DNA from: Squalus acanthias
Taxonomy: Eukaryota
Direction of reading: 5' to 3'
Assembly (NCBI GenBank): GCA_030390025.1
Contig: JASTWF010000033.1
Coordinates: 5,272,001-5,336,000 of the forward strand
DNA: 64,000 nucleotides
The stretch's first letter is position 1. Each line of letters starts with the position of its first letter. Below the pieces are notes generated by a model. That model ran no database searches, was not told the origin of the DNA, and saw only the letters and a program-made list of their open reading frames with translations. Below are positions 1 to 11,916 of this stretch, piece by piece. Position numbers and translations under genes: made by a program.

Positions 1-830
1 TCTAGAACATAGAACATAGAACATAGAACAGCACAGTACAGGCCCTTCGGCCCTCGATGTTGTGCCGAGCATTGTCCGAGACCAAGAGCAAGCTATCACA
101 CTCCCTAGCACTCTGGTGTGCTCCATGTGCTTATCCAATAACCGCTTGAATGTTCCTAAAGTGTCCGACTCCACCATCACAGCAGGCAGTCCATTCCACA
201 CCCCAACCACTCTCTGAGTAAAGAATCTACCTCGGATATCCCTTCTATATCTCCCCCCATGCACCTTATAGTTATGCCCCCTTGTAAGAGCTGCCTCTAC
301 CCGAGGAAATAGTCTCTGAACATCCACTCTATCTATCCCCCTCATCATCTTATAAACCTCTATTAAGTCGCCTCTCATCCTCCTCCGCTCTGAAGAGAAA
401 AGCCCCAACTCCCTCAATCTTTCCTCATAAGACCTCCCCCCCAAACCAGGCAGCATCCTGGTAAATCTCCTTTGCGCTCTTTCCAATGCTTCCACGTCCT
501 TCCTATAGTGAGGTGCCCAGAACTGCACACAATATTCCAAATGTGGTCTCACCAAGGTCCTGTACAGTTGCAGCATAACCTCACGGTTCTTAAACTCAAA
601 CCCTCTGTTAATAAACGCCAACACACCATAGGCCTTCTTTACTGCTCTATCCACTTGAGTGGCAACCTTCAGAGATCTGTGGATATGAACCCCCAGATCC
701 CGCTGCTCCTCCACGTTCCTCAGAACCCTGCCGTTGACCCTGTAATCCTTATTCAAATTTGCCCTACCAAAATGAATCACCTCGCACTTATCAGGGTTAA
801 ATTCCATCTACCCTATCTCTCACAATTCAA
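1..830 (-). mobile_element. CR1 LINE 3' fragment
   Basis: (AGAACAT)n tail and CR1 terminal hairpin at the left end; RT C-terminal coding sequence on the minus strand. Confidence 0.9.
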
Positions 831-1358
831 CTGATATCAGCCGGAATGTGCAGCTTTGAGAGGGGCTTTCTGCACCGTCAGTACTGTTGACGGCAGCGAG
901 TGAGAGAGCATCGGAACATCGGAACAGGAGGAGGCCATTCAGCCCCTTGAGCCTGCTCCGCCATTCCAAGAGATCAAGGCTGATCTGCGACCTAACTCTA
1001 TACATCCGCCTTTCATATCGCTTCATACCTTTATTTAACAAAAAACTATCAATCTCAGATTTAAACTTTGCAATTGATCTAGCATCAATTGCAATTTCCG
1101 GAAGAGAGTTCCAAAATTCTACCACCCTTTGTGTGTAGAAGTGTGTCCTAATTTCACTCCTGAAATGTCTGTCTCTAATTTTGAGACTATGCCCCCTGCT
1201 CCTAGTATCGCCAAATAGCAAAAATAGTTTCTCGCTATCTACCCTATCTGTTCCCCTTAATAGAAACATAGAAACATAGAAAATAGGTACAGGAGTAGAC
1301 CATTCGGTCCTTCGAGCCTGCACCGCCATTCAATGCGTTCATGGCTGAACATGCTACC

Positions 1359-4295
1359 TCAGTACCCCATTCCTGCTTTCTCGCCATACCCCTTGATCCC
1401 CTTAGTTGTGAGTGTTATATCTAACTCCCTTTTGAATATATTTAGCGAACTGGCCTCAACAACCTTCTGTGGAAGAGAATTCCATAGATTCACCACTCTC
1501 TGGGTGAAGAAGTTCCTCCTCAGCTCAGTCCTAAATGGCTTCCCCTTAATCCTTAGACTGTGACCCCTGGTTCTAGTTTTCCCTACCATTGGGAACATTC
1601 TGCCTGCATCTAATTTGTCTAAACCAGTCAGGATTTTAAATGTCTCTATAAGATCCCCCCTCATTCTTCTGAACTCCAGAGGATACAAGTTCAGTTGACC
1701 CAATCTTTCTTGATATGTCAGTCCGGCCATCCCAGGAATCAATCTAGTGAACCTTCGCTGCACTCCCTCAATAGCAAGAATGTCCTTCCTTAAGTTAGGA
1801 GACCAAAACTGCGCACAATACTCCAGGTGTGGCCTCACCAAGGCCCTGTACAACTGTAGCATCACCTCCCTACTCCTGTACTCAAATCCCCTTGCTATGA
1901 AGGCCATCATTCCGTTTGCTTTCTTGACTGCCTGCTGCACTTGCATTCCCACCTTCAGTGACTGATGTACCATGACGCCCAGGTCTCGTTGCACGTCCCC
2001 TTTCCCTAATCTGCCACCATTCAGGTAATAGTCCGCCTCTCTATTTTTACCACCAAAGTGGATAACCTCACATTTATCCACATTGTACTTCATCTGCCAT
2101 ACATTTGCCCATTCACCCAACCTGTCCAAGTCACTCTGTAGCCTCCTAGCATCCTCCTCATTGTTCACACTGCCTCCCAATTTAGTGTCATCCGCAAATT
2201 TGGAGATATTACATTTAATCCCTTCGTCCAAATCATTAATATATAATGTAAACAGCTGGGGTCCCAGCACCGAACCCTGCGGTACCCCGCTGGTCACTGC
2301 CTGCCATTCTGAAAAGTACCCATTTACTCCTACTCTTTGTTTCCTGTGTGCCAACCAGTTCTCAATCCACGTCAACACATTACCCCCAATCCCATGTGCT
2401 TTAACTTTGCTCACCAATCTCTTGTGTGGGACCTTGTCGAAGGCCTTCTGAAAGTCCAAGTACACCACATCTACTGGTTCCCCCCTGTCCACCCTATTGG
2501 AAACATCCTCAAAAAATTCCAGAAGATTTGTCAAGCATGATTTCCCTTTCACAAATCCATGCTGACTTGGACCTATCATGTCGCCACTTTCCAAATGGTC
2601 TGTTATGACATCTTTAATAATTGCTTCCATCATTTTACCCACGACCGATGTCAGGCTGACCGGTCTATAATTCCCTGCTTTCTCCCTCCCTCCTTTTTTA
2701 AAAAGAGGGGTTACATTGGCCACCCTCCACTCCATCGGAACTGATCCAGAGTCTAAGGAATGTTGGAAAATGATCGTCAATGCATCCACTATTTCCAAGG
2801 CCACCTCCTTAAGTACTCTGGGATGCAGACCATCAGGCCCCGGGGATTTTTCAGCCTTCAGTCCCATCAATTTCCCCAATACCTTTTCCCGACTAATAAG
2901 GATTTCCCTCAGCTCCTCCCTCTTACCAGATCCTCTGACCCCTTTTATTTCCGGCAGGTTGTGTGTGTCCTCCACAGTAAACACCGAACCAAAGTACTTG
3001 TTCAATTGATCAGCCATTTCCTTGTTCCCCATTACGACTTCCCCTGTTTCCGACTGCAGGGGACCTACGTTTGTTTTTACTAACCTCTTTCTTTTTACAT
3101 ATTTATAGAAGCTTTTGCAGTCCATTTTAATGTTCTCTGCAAGCTTCCTTTCATATTTTATTTTCCCTGCCCTAATCAAACCCTTCGTCCTCCTCTGCTG
3201 AGTTTTGAAGTTCTCCCAGTCACCGGGTTTGCTGCTACTTCTGGCCAATTTGTATGCAACTTCCTTGGTTTTAATACTATCCCTGATTTCCCTTGTTAGC
3301 CATGGTTGAGCCACCTTCCCTTTTTTATTTTTACGCCAGACCGGGATGTACAATTGTTGTAGTTCATCCATGCGATCTCTAAATGTCTGCCATTGCCCTT
3401 CCACTGATAGCCCCTTAAATATCGCTTGCCAATTTAACCTCGCCAATTCACGCCTCATACCCTCAAAGTTGCCCTTATTTAAGTTCTGGACCATGGTCTC
3501 TGACTTAACTGTTTCCTTCTCCATCCTAATGTAGAACTCCACCATACTATGGTCACTCTTCCTCAGGGGGCCTCGTACCACAAGATTGCTGATTAGTCCC
3601 TCCTCATTACACAACACCCAGTCCAGGATGGCCTCCCCTCGAGTTGGTTCCTCAACATATTGGTTTAGGAAACCATCCCTTAAACACTCCAGGAAATCCT
3701 CCTCCACCGTATTGCTTCCAGTTTGAGTAGCCCAATCTATATGCATATTAAAGTCACCCATGATAACTGCCGTGCCTTTTTTGCACGCACCTCTGATTTC
3801 CTGTTTCATACCCTCCCCCACCTCACTACTGCTGTTTGGAGGTCTGTACACAACTCCCACTAACGTTTTCTGCCCTTTGGTGTTCTGCAGCTCAACCCAT
3901 ATTGATTCCACATCCTCCAAGCTGATGTCCTTCCTAGCTATTGCATTAATCTCCTCTTTAACCAGCAATGCTACCCCACCCCCTTTTCCTTTTATTCTAT
4001 CCTTTCTGAATGTTGAATACCCCTGGATGTTCAGTTCCCAGCCTTGATTGTTCTGGAGCCACGTCTCTGTAATCCCAATCACATCGTATCCGTTAACATC
4101 TATTTGCACAGTCAATTCATCCACCTTATTACGGATACTCCTTGCATTAAGACACAGAGCCTTTAGGCTTGTTTTATTAACATCCTTTGTCCTTTTAGAC
4201 TTATGATTTAGTATGGCCCTTTGTGTTTCTTGCCTTTGTTTACTCGGCCTTCCCCTATTGTTTCTCACCCTTCTAACATTTGTTTCTGACTGCAT
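1359..4295 (-). CDS. CR1 ORF2: APE endonuclease plus reverse transcriptase, 978 aa, uninterrupted
   Basis: APE motifs CLNARS, GITETW, GDFN, LDWVL, SDH; RT motifs YLDFQKAFDKVPH, GVPQGSVLGP, FADD. Confidence 0.95.
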   Translation of the reverse strand: MQSETNVRRVRNNRGRPSKQRQETQRAILNHKSKRTKDVNKTSLKALCLNARSIRNKVDELTVQIDVNGYDVIGITETWLQNNQGWELNIQGYSTFRKDRIKGKGGGVALLVKEEINAIARKDISLEDVESIWVELQNTKGQKTLVGVVYRPPNSSSEVGEGMKQEIRGACKKGTAVIMGDFNMHIDWATQTGSNTVEEDFLECLRDGFLNQYVEEPTRGEAILDWVLCNEEGLISNLVVRGPLRKSDHSMVEFYIRMEKETVKSETMVQNLNKGNFEGMRRELARLNWQAIFKGLSVEGQWQTFRDRMDELQQLYIPVWRKNKKGKVAQPWLTREIRDSIKTKEVAYKLARSSSKPGDWENFKTQQRRTKGLIRAGKIKYERKLAENIKMDCKSFYKYVKRKRLVKTNVGPLQSETGEVVMGNKEMADQLNKYFGSVFTVEDTHNLPEIKGVRGSGKREELREILISREKVLGKLMGLKAEKSPGPDGLHPRVLKEVALEIVDALTIIFQHSLDSGSVPMEWRVANVTPLFKKGGREKAGNYRPVSLTSVVGKMMEAIIKDVITDHLESGDMIGPSQHGFVKGKSCLTNLLEFFEDVSNRVDRGEPVDVVYLDFQKAFDKVPHKRLVSKVKAHGIGGNVLTWIENWLAHRKQRVGVNGYFSEWQAVTSGVPQGSVLGPQLFTLYINDLDEGIKCNISKFADDTKLGGSVNNEEDARRLQSDLDRLGEWANVWQMKYNVDKCEVIHFGGKNREADYYLNGGRLGKGDVQRDLGVMVHQSLKVGMQVQQAVKKANGMMAFIARGFEYRSREVMLQLYRALVRPHLEYCAQFWSPNLRKDILAIEGVQRRFTRLIPGMAGLTYQERLGQLNLYPLEFRRMRGDLIETFKILTGLDKLDAGRMFPMVGKTRTRGHSLRIKGKPFRTELRRNFFTQRVVNLWNSLPQKVVEASSLNIFKRELDITLTTKGIKGYGEKAGMGY

Positions 4296-4342
4296 TTTAC
4301 TTCCCCCTGTTTCGCTACATAGGTTCCCATTCCCCTGCCATA

Positions 4343-4894
4343 TTAGTTTAAATCCCCCCGAACTGCTTTAGCAAATATTACCCCGAGGACATCGGTTCCA
4401 GTCCTGCCCAAGTGCAGACCGTCCCTTTTGTACAGGTCCCACTTCCCCCAGAACTGGTTCCAATGCCTCAGGAATTTGAATCCCTCCCTCCTGCACCACT
4501 GCTCAAGCCACGTATTCAATCTCACTATAATGTTCTCTCTATTCTGATTAGCACGTGGCCCTGGTAGCAATCCAGAGATTACTACCTTAGAGGTCCTACT
4601 TTTTAATTTAGCTCCTAGCTCCCTAAATTCTGCTTGTAGGACCTCTTCCCGCTTTTTACCTATATCGTTGGTACCTACATGCACCACGACAGCTGGCTGT
4701 TCACCCTCCCTCTTCAGAATGTTCTGCAGCCGCTCCGAGACATCCTTGACCCTTGCACCAGGGAGGCAACATACCATCCTGGAATCTCGGTTGCGGCCAC
4801 AGAAACTCCTGTCTATTCCCCTTACAATTGAGTCCCCTATCACTATAGCCCTACCACTCTTTTTCCCGCCCTGCTGTGCAGCAGAGCCAGCCAT
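4343..4894 (-). CDS. CR1 ORF1 SGNH/GDSL esterase domain (5'-truncated ORF1)
   Basis: IVIGDSIVR, LPGA, HVGTND and DGLH blocks, directly upstream of ORF2. Confidence 0.85.
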   Translation of the reverse strand: MAGSAAQQGGKKSGRAIVIGDSIVRGIDRSFCGRNRDSRMVCCLPGARVKDVSERLQNILKREGEQPAVVVHVGTNDIGKKREEVLQAEFRELGAKLKSRTSKVVISGLLPGPRANQNRENIIVRLNTWLEQWCRREGFKFLRHWNQFWGKWDLYKRDGLHLGRTGTDVLGVIFAKAVRGDLN

Positions 4895-5311
4895 GGTGCC
4901 ATGAACCTGGCTGCTAGTCTTGAAAAATTCGATCAGGTACCCCTTAACCTTCTAAACTCCAGTGAATACAACCTTAATATGTTTAATCTCTCCTTGTAAC
5001 TTAACACTTGAAGTCCGGGTATAATTCTGGTAAACCTACGCTGCATTCCCTCCCAGGCCAATATATCCTTCCTATGGTGTGGTGCCCTAAACTGCTCACA
5101 GTACTCCAGGTGTGGTCTAACCAGGGTTTTCTATAGTTGCAGCGACACTACATACAGAGATACAGAGACACTGTAGAGTTTGAATGTGTACAGAACCGAA
5201 CAGAGAAACAGCAAATATAACACAGCTGAGAGATGTTGTATTTTGTTAATATCGAAACACAAATGTGAATTATTCTATTTTCCTAATATTTAATTGAACA
5301 AATTCTCAAAA

Positions 5312-5384
5312 TATTTCTGTCCAGTTCCGAAGAAGGGGTATTTCCTGTGTTAAGCAAACATGATAACCACTGCACTACGGAAAT
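5312..5384 (-). pseudogene. tRNA-Val(AAC) pseudogene
   Basis: Reverse complement follows vertebrate tRNA-Val (TTTCCGTAGTGCAGTGGTTATCA...TAACAC); T arm degraded. Confidence 0.8.
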
Positions 5385-5881
5385 ACGGCAGCAAGAATGA
5401 TTTAGGAACATAACCAGCCGTGCAACACTTCAGGAATTATTTTTGCAGAAATATAATTTCGGTGCTCTATTGCGGAAGGCTGTAGAGAATGGCAGAATTT
5501 GATCTGTTAGTAGAATCATAGAATGACACAGCACAGAAGGATGGAATTCACCCATCCTGCCTGTGCCGGCTCTTTGAAAGAGCACTCCAATTAATTCCAC
5601 TCCCCTGCTCTTTCCCCACAGCCCTGCACATTTATCCTTTTCAAGTAATTATCCAATTCCATTTTGAAAACTGAGAGTTTGGAAAAACAATATTGTCAGA
5701 GATGTTGGAGCCACTGCAGTGTCGATGCACTGTGTGTGGTGATTGACGAAGTTCCTTGATCCAATGACACTAAAACTGGATACCGGGATTCTTATACAGT
5801 TTCTTAAAAAAATAATTTGTGGAATTGATTTCAAATCGAAATTTTTAAACAGTTTATTCCGGTCAAACGAGTTCTTATTTG

Positions 5882-6111
5882 CCGAAATAACAACAGAAAA
5901 CGCTGGAAAAACTCAGCAGGCCAGGCAGCATCCGTGGAGAGAGAAAGAGAGTTGACGTTTCAGGTCGATGACCTTTCATCAGACTGATGAAAGGTCATCG
6001 ACCTGAAACGTCAATTCTCTTTCTCTCTCCACGAATGCTGCCTGGCCTGCTGAGTTTTTCCAGCGTTTTCTGTTGTTATTTCGGATTTCCAGCATCCGCA
6101 GTATTTTGCTA
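5882..6111. mobile_element. Palindromic Penelope-end element with 13-bp TSD
   Basis: ~100-bp inverted repeat centred at 5983; right arm nearly identical to the Penelope 3' end at 55284-55412; TCTTATTTGCCGA at 5873-5885 and 6112-6124. Confidence 0.85.
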
Positions 6112-6124
6112 TCTTATTTGCCGA

Positions 6125-6470
6125 GTTGGTATATACAATGCACTCACACGAGCTGTATAATCGGTTACAGAGGCAGTTATACAAATGGGAGAAAGTGTTG
6201 CTACAGCTGTACAAAGTCTTGGTTAGAAAACCTCTGGAGTAATCTGTACAGTTCTGGTCACGGCACCTCAGAAAGGTTTGACATTGGCCTAGGAAACAGT
6301 GCAGCACAGATCCACCAGAATGTTTCCAGGGTCCAATGGTTAGATTATGAGGCGAGATTACATGAACTAGGCTTGTATTCCTTGGAATATAGAAGGTTAA
6401 GCGCTGATTTCATTGAGGTTTTTAGAATTATGAAAGGAATTAATAGGGATAAACGAGAGAAACGTGTTGT
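6125..6470 (+). mobile_element. Degraded CR1 RT C-terminal fragment
   Basis: LDYEARLHELGLYSLEYRRL motif. Confidence 0.75.
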
Positions 6471-7667
6471 TGACTTGATCAGTGTGCACAGGACTCTTAC
6501 TTAGAAAAATGATCGATAACTTTCAATGACGTTGGAGTATTTTTGTTGTCCTATTCTGCAAATTCTGTCATCAATCTACCCACTGAAAGGGTCTGGTAGC
6601 ACAGGGGTTGGACAAACTCCATGTGTCATTATACAAGTCGGTTGCTTTACACGTGTTGCATTGTCCTCTCATCTTGAAATACGAGTCTCTTCAATATCCA
6701 ATACAAACTGAATTGCAAACTTGAAAGACAAGCACAGGAATTCAAGTCACTAGTGAACACAAACCACATGGTGCTCATTTTCAAAATCATAGCAGTCAGC
6801 TTTTATATAAAGTGAAATAAATGTGCATTGATAAGATTTGGAAATAGATATTACTTGTATTTGTTTCTTTTGTTGTTCTATCTATTAAACTTTCTGGCGT
6901 CTGTCTCCCGTTGAGTCTCTTCTTCCTCTATTGAATGAGAAAGGAGGAGTTTGACGTTGTCCAGACCCGCACTGCGCCTGATATTTGTGAGCTCATCCTT
7001 ATATTTAGTGTTTTATGCCCCTTTGATCGGCGTCAGCTTTAGCTCATTATATTATATTATAATATGGAACTATTAATAGGGTTGACCCAAACTGTTCAAA
7101 GCCTTCGGTTTTAAGGAGGGTGTGAAAGGAGGTGAGGGAGGGTTAAAGGTGGAGGGGTTTAGGCAGGGAGTTCCAGAGCATGACGCCTGCACAAATATTG
7201 CATCATGTTCGCATGTGCCTGCTGTCAGACCGCAGTGTTTTACAACGTTTTACATTGAAAAAATACAGTTATTAGATGGAGCTAAATTATCACAAAAATG
7301 GCCCAGCGTGTTTTAAATTGTTTTCCCTAATACCAGCTGTACAATAGCCACACATTCAATGTAGCCTCACACGGTGCGATGGCGTGTTCCAGTTCTATAT
7401 ATGTAGATACAGAACCAATTTCCATCAGTTTATTTGAATCCAATAACTTAATGTTTTTCTAATGGGTTAGTTGGAGGAACATGATCCTCGACATGTTTTT
7501 ATCATTTGATTTGAAATGAGTACTCATAAAAGTATTTGGGTGGGAACTTACTGGAACAGCACAGCTGGCAATGTGTGCAGAATATTTTCCTGCAGTCAAA
7601 GCACACGTTGAGAACCTAGAACTGTGCGACAAAGAATCATAAAGGGGAAAAAAACTGTTAACATCTT

Positions 7668-7720
7668 CGTCCCTGGGTGGGCTCAAACCACCAACCACTA
7701 ACCGATTGCGCCACAGAGAC
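7668..7720 (-). pseudogene. tRNA-Asn pseudogene lacking the anticodon arm
   Basis: GTCTCTGTGGCGCAATCGGTTAG joined to GGTTGGTGGTTTGAGCCCACCCAGGGACG; T7 terminator at 7648-7654. Confidence 0.88.
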
Positions 7721-8279
7721 GACGGACCTTTTGTTGCAAGATTTCCTAAACCAGGGTGTCAGGGAGTGAAAGTTTCAGATTGCTACGACCGGAATAGCAA
7801 TTGCCCACTCTCAGTTTTACATTTCCAAATTAAAGAATGGGCCATTCATTGTGAACACACAGAGACGATCTGGTCCGCACACTGCAGACACACCCATGTC
7901 ACTGCGAAGCAGCTCTCCTGCAACCGGTGCGGTCTCCCTTCCAGCCTTTCGCTGCCTTGTTTGTTCCGAATTACTCTGAATGTCCCCAACCCAATGTTGC
8001 GTTTGATTTCCTGATCTGCAGTAACGAGAATCATTTAAATGTCTCAGAGCAGTTAATGTCACCGATACCATCAGAGAAAATGTCCCAGCGTCTTAAACCA
8101 GGGAGCGGTGTCTTAACCGCCTCGGGTCGATCGGGCGGTTCGGCCTTCATTCTCCTCGGATTCCGTTTCCTGAAGCGGATCTAAAGATTCACAAAGCTGG
8201 CGAATGTATTTTTTTTTGGATAAATTCGATTTTCCCGCTCCTAACTGGCAATATTTTCCAAACTTCGTAGCTTTGCATG

Positions 8280-8738
8280 ATGCCCAGTGATGAGGGAATT
8301 CAGTTATGTGGAGAGACTATAGAAGCTGGGATTGTTCTCCTTCGAGCAAAGCAGGTTTATCGGAGATTTAATGAATGTGTTCCAAATTATGGCCGTGGGG
8401 GTTGGGGTGGTAATAGATCAGAGAAGGTGAAACTGTTTTCACTGACAAGAGGGTCGCTAACCAGAGGACACTGATTTCAGATAATTGGTAAAGTGGTGTG
8501 AAGAGATTGTTCTTTACTCAGCGAGTTGTTACGATCTGGGTGACAGTGCGTGCACTGCGTGAGAGGGCGGGGAAAGCAGACTCAATTGTAACTTTAAAAA
8601 GTGAAGTTAAAATGAAAAGCATTGCAGGGCTATGGGGAAAGAGCAGGGAAGTTGAACAATTGCATAGCGCTTACAAAGAGCCGGCACAGGCACGGTGGGC
8701 CCAATGGCCTCCTACTGTGCTGTGTGATTCTATGATTC
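8280..8738 (+). mobile_element. CR1 3' fragment
   Basis: TRGH and FFTQRVV coding remnants; GATTCTATGATTCT tail. Confidence 0.8.
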
Positions 8739-9102
8739 TGTGTCCGATCCTTGACAGCAGCCTCTACCCGCGGTTTCCCACCTCTCCCATGTTCCTATCG
8801 TTGCCTCAATGGCAGCAACCGTGACCTGCCACTCTGGAACACTCACACCATCCAGGACACTGGAAGCGCAACTCGGCAAAGCCATTCTAGAGCTCGATGG
8901 GATTTTCGGTAATAATCGAGACAATGATGCAGAATTTCAACAAAGTCAATCAGTGTCTAAAATTGTATATATCAGGAATAAGAGAAAGGACAAACATGAT
9001 AACGCAACCTAGGTGGGTGGATGGAGTGTAGGTAAAGATCGGCCCTGATCTAATTCAATGGTGGATAAGTTCGAGAGGCTGAATGGCCTCCTCCTTTATT
9101 CC

Positions 9103-9585
9103 TAACAACAACAACTTGCATTCACAAGGAGCCTTTAACGCAATAAAACGTCTCAAAGCGCTTCACATGATCGATTATCAAACACAGTTTGACACCGAAC
9201 CACGTAAGAAAATATCGGGGCAAAAGAACAAAATCTTGGTCAAAGAGAAAGGTTTTAAGGTGCAGCTTAAACGAGGAAAGAGAGGTAGAGAGGTGGAGAG
9301 GCTTAGGATGGGAATTCCGGAGCTTAGGCCCTTGGCAAAATGAAGGCAAAGCCACCAATGGTGGAGCGATTAAAATCGGGGAGGCACAAGAGGCCAGATT
9401 TGCAGTATCGCAGAAATCTCGGCCGGTTTAGGACTGGACGATATTACAGAGATAGGGAAAAGCGAGGCCATGGAGGGATTTGATAACAAGGAACAGAATT
9501 TTAACATCGAGGCGTTGCTTAAGCGGGAGCCACTGTAGGTCAGCGAGCAGAGTGGTGATGGGTGAACGGGACTTTATGCGAGAAA
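9103..9585 (-). mobile_element. L2 LINE 3' fragment
   Basis: SPITTLLADLQWLP...KSLHGLAFPYL and a (TTG)n tail. Confidence 0.8.
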
Positions 9586-10224
9586 GGGTGAAATTCAAAT
9601 CCATGTGAGCATCACACAATTGGTTAATAATCCATCGCTGAATCACTCGGCGCCCACGTTCCTTACACCAACTGCATGTGGCGAATGTTACTGAAATTTA
9701 AATGTTAAGTTTCAGTGCCACAAAAGCTTAAATAATCTTCCTCACGAACAAGCCTTCAACCAAAACATTGATATAGACACACTCCACCTGGAATGTAATT
9801 CGATTAATCAAGAGAGATGAACTTTGATTCGAATTGTCCTTAATAGATAAGCGGATTTTATATTTTTATGGCACTTAGAACAATATTTGGGAAAAGTGGG
9901 TGAAGAAATGGTGAAATTTTCATTGAAGAGTTGTGAACATTTTATTCAACAATTGAACGTCAGCACTTTCATAAGTTGGAATAGAAGAAAATAGGGAAAT
10001 AGCTAAAAACCCACACAACAAGAACAGAGGCAGGGTTCAGACTCGCTTTGACTCAGTTCCAGCACTCTCATCTCCGCGTCAGAAGATCGTTGAGTGAAAT
10101 TGGTCTAAGCCAGCAGCGAACCGGCGGTAAACATTTGGCCAGTTGATTCCCGGAACCACTTAAAAGTTGCACAAGTAGATGAAGTTTGCACGAGGGAATA
10201 TCTGTGCTATATTACACATTATTA

Positions 10225-10705
10225 CACAGTATTTACAGCAGGGAAACAGGCCATTCAGCCCAACAGGTCCATGCCCGTGTTTTCAGTCTGCTCATGAGCC
10301 TCCTCCCACCCTCCTTCATCTCTCTCCATCAACATATACTTCTACTCCTTCCTCAAGTGTTTATCTAGATTACCTTTAAATGCATCTATGCTATTTGGCT
10401 TAATTAATGCTGTGGCAGCGAGTACGACATTGTAACCACACTCAGGGAAAATAAGTTTCTCCTGATTTCCCTATTTAATTTATTAGTGACTATTTTAGAT
10501 TTATGGCACCTAGATCTGGATTCTCCCGGAAGTGGGAACATCTTCTCTACGTCTACCCTATCAAACGCTTTCATAATCTTAAAGTTTTCTATCTGGTCAC
10601 CCCTCAGTCTTCTATTTTCTAGAGAAAAGATCCGCAGCCTGTTCAATTTTCCTGTTCGGTATAACCTCTCAGTTCTTGGTATCATTCTAGTGATATATTT
10701 TGAAT
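10225..10705 (-). mobile_element. CR1 3' fragment
   Basis: FSLENRRLRGD, MFPLPGESRSR. Confidence 0.8.
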
Positions 10706-10714
10706 CTTCTCAAG

Positions 10715-11916
10715 TGTAAGGGGTTTTTGTCTCAGGGGCTTATTTGTAGGTCAGCCAGTTTTGTTTTCCTGGATTGTCTGCCCGCTGTGCGGTTGCGCAT
10801 CGCTATCCCCTTCCTAGTTCTGAGCCCAGAACTTATCGAGCGGCGATAAGGACAAACGAACAGACCCGTGGATTGGTTCAAGGAAAACCAATGTTTATTT
10901 AACAGAGATGAAACATGACATGTCAATCTTCACTTCGGTACAAACGAGGGAAATGACAGTAGAACAATACCTCACCCCTCCCACCCCCACTTTACTAGCT
11001 AAGTTAGAATCTTGAGGACCGGGGATAATGCTCACCAAACGAATCCTTTGACAGTAAAAAGTTTCATAAGGCCCTTGTGCCTCGAGGTGTTTGATGGTCA
11101 CTGGAACCGTTGCTGTGGTTTCTTGCGTGTCGGTCTGTTTCTGGAGCTGCTGGCCTTCTTTGTTGAATGGTCTTGTTTTCTGTTGAACTGTGTACTGGAG
11201 AACTCCTGTGCTTCAGCTTTCCTGCTTCTGGCCTGTCTGTGTGGCTTGAACAGCTTGTTTAAACTGCTAGCCTCCAAAACTGCCAGTCTCGTCTCTGTAG
11301 AACTCTGGCTTGTTCCAGCACAGGTCTCAAGTTATACTGTTCGATTGTTCCTTATTTGCCCGCCAAATCTTCCCAGAGCTTTGTTTAATTCTGGTGGGCT
11401 CGTTAAGGTCGTTAACTTTAACGGCAGGAGATGGCCTTTAACGATATTAAATATTTGTTAAGTGGAGGATGATTGCTGGTCTGACGGTTGTTCATTTGTG
11501 TTGCCTTTACTTCTTTGTATAAATACTAAACAGTTTGATGGGGCTGGAGACAGGCCGACCACCTGTAATATACAACATTGTCTCTGTAGAGGCCAGCCCC
11601 GCCTCCTTTGGCAGCCTGTGCTGAGGTCTGCCCAGGCATGTTTAAAAATGTCCCTGGTCCAATACACTCAATTGGTTTTAAAATGTCCAAAGCCCCTTTT
11701 TCGTAGGGTCTCTCTCTTTTCCTCCGAGTCTTTTGGGGGTCTGGAAATTTCGCAACTCTCTTACAGACCCAGGCATGTCACCTGGCCTGTTGTTTTTCCA
11801 GGGCCCTGGTTTCTGTTCAATGTCGCAGGCTTCTGCCACGAGGTCTAGAAGCCATTTTGTCTAGGGTACCCCTTTTTAATAACTATGGGGAATGTGGGAA
11901 TTTTGAGAACCCTATA
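10715..11916 (-). mobile_element. 3' LTR (LTR-D) of an env-less LTR element related to the 39.8-50.0 kb provirus
   Basis: Begins TGTAAGGGG on +; polypurine tract AGGGGGGAG at 11917-11925 (minus); core GGATAATGCTCACCAAACGAATCC shared with LTRs A-C. Confidence 0.85.

Larger units (their letters stand above)
1261..4917 (-). mobile_element. Young 5'-truncated CR1 LINE
   Basis: (AGAAACAT)n tail, 3' hairpin, intact ORF2 and C-terminal part of ORF1. Confidence 0.95.
908..5145 (-). mobile_element. Older CR1 3' fragment (908-1260 and ~4918-5145) split by a younger CR1
   Basis: Host reads CCCCTTAA|TAG at 1253-1263 and resumes TAG|TCTTGAAAAATTCGATC at ~4915; the halves join into continuous CR1 sequence. 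Confidence 0.8.

Noticed and set aside
820..1329. 169-aa ORF as a gene
   Set aside because: Chance read-through across two nested CR1 3' ends.
1333..4904. Many short plus-strand ORFs
   Set aside because: Antisense shadows of the CR1 ORFs; the same applies over the provirus.
8085..8142. tRNA-Leu/Ser remnant or hairpin
   Set aside because: Only short matches; no cloverleaf can be built.
10040..10100. Degraded SINE head
   Set aside because: Resemblance too short and weak to call.
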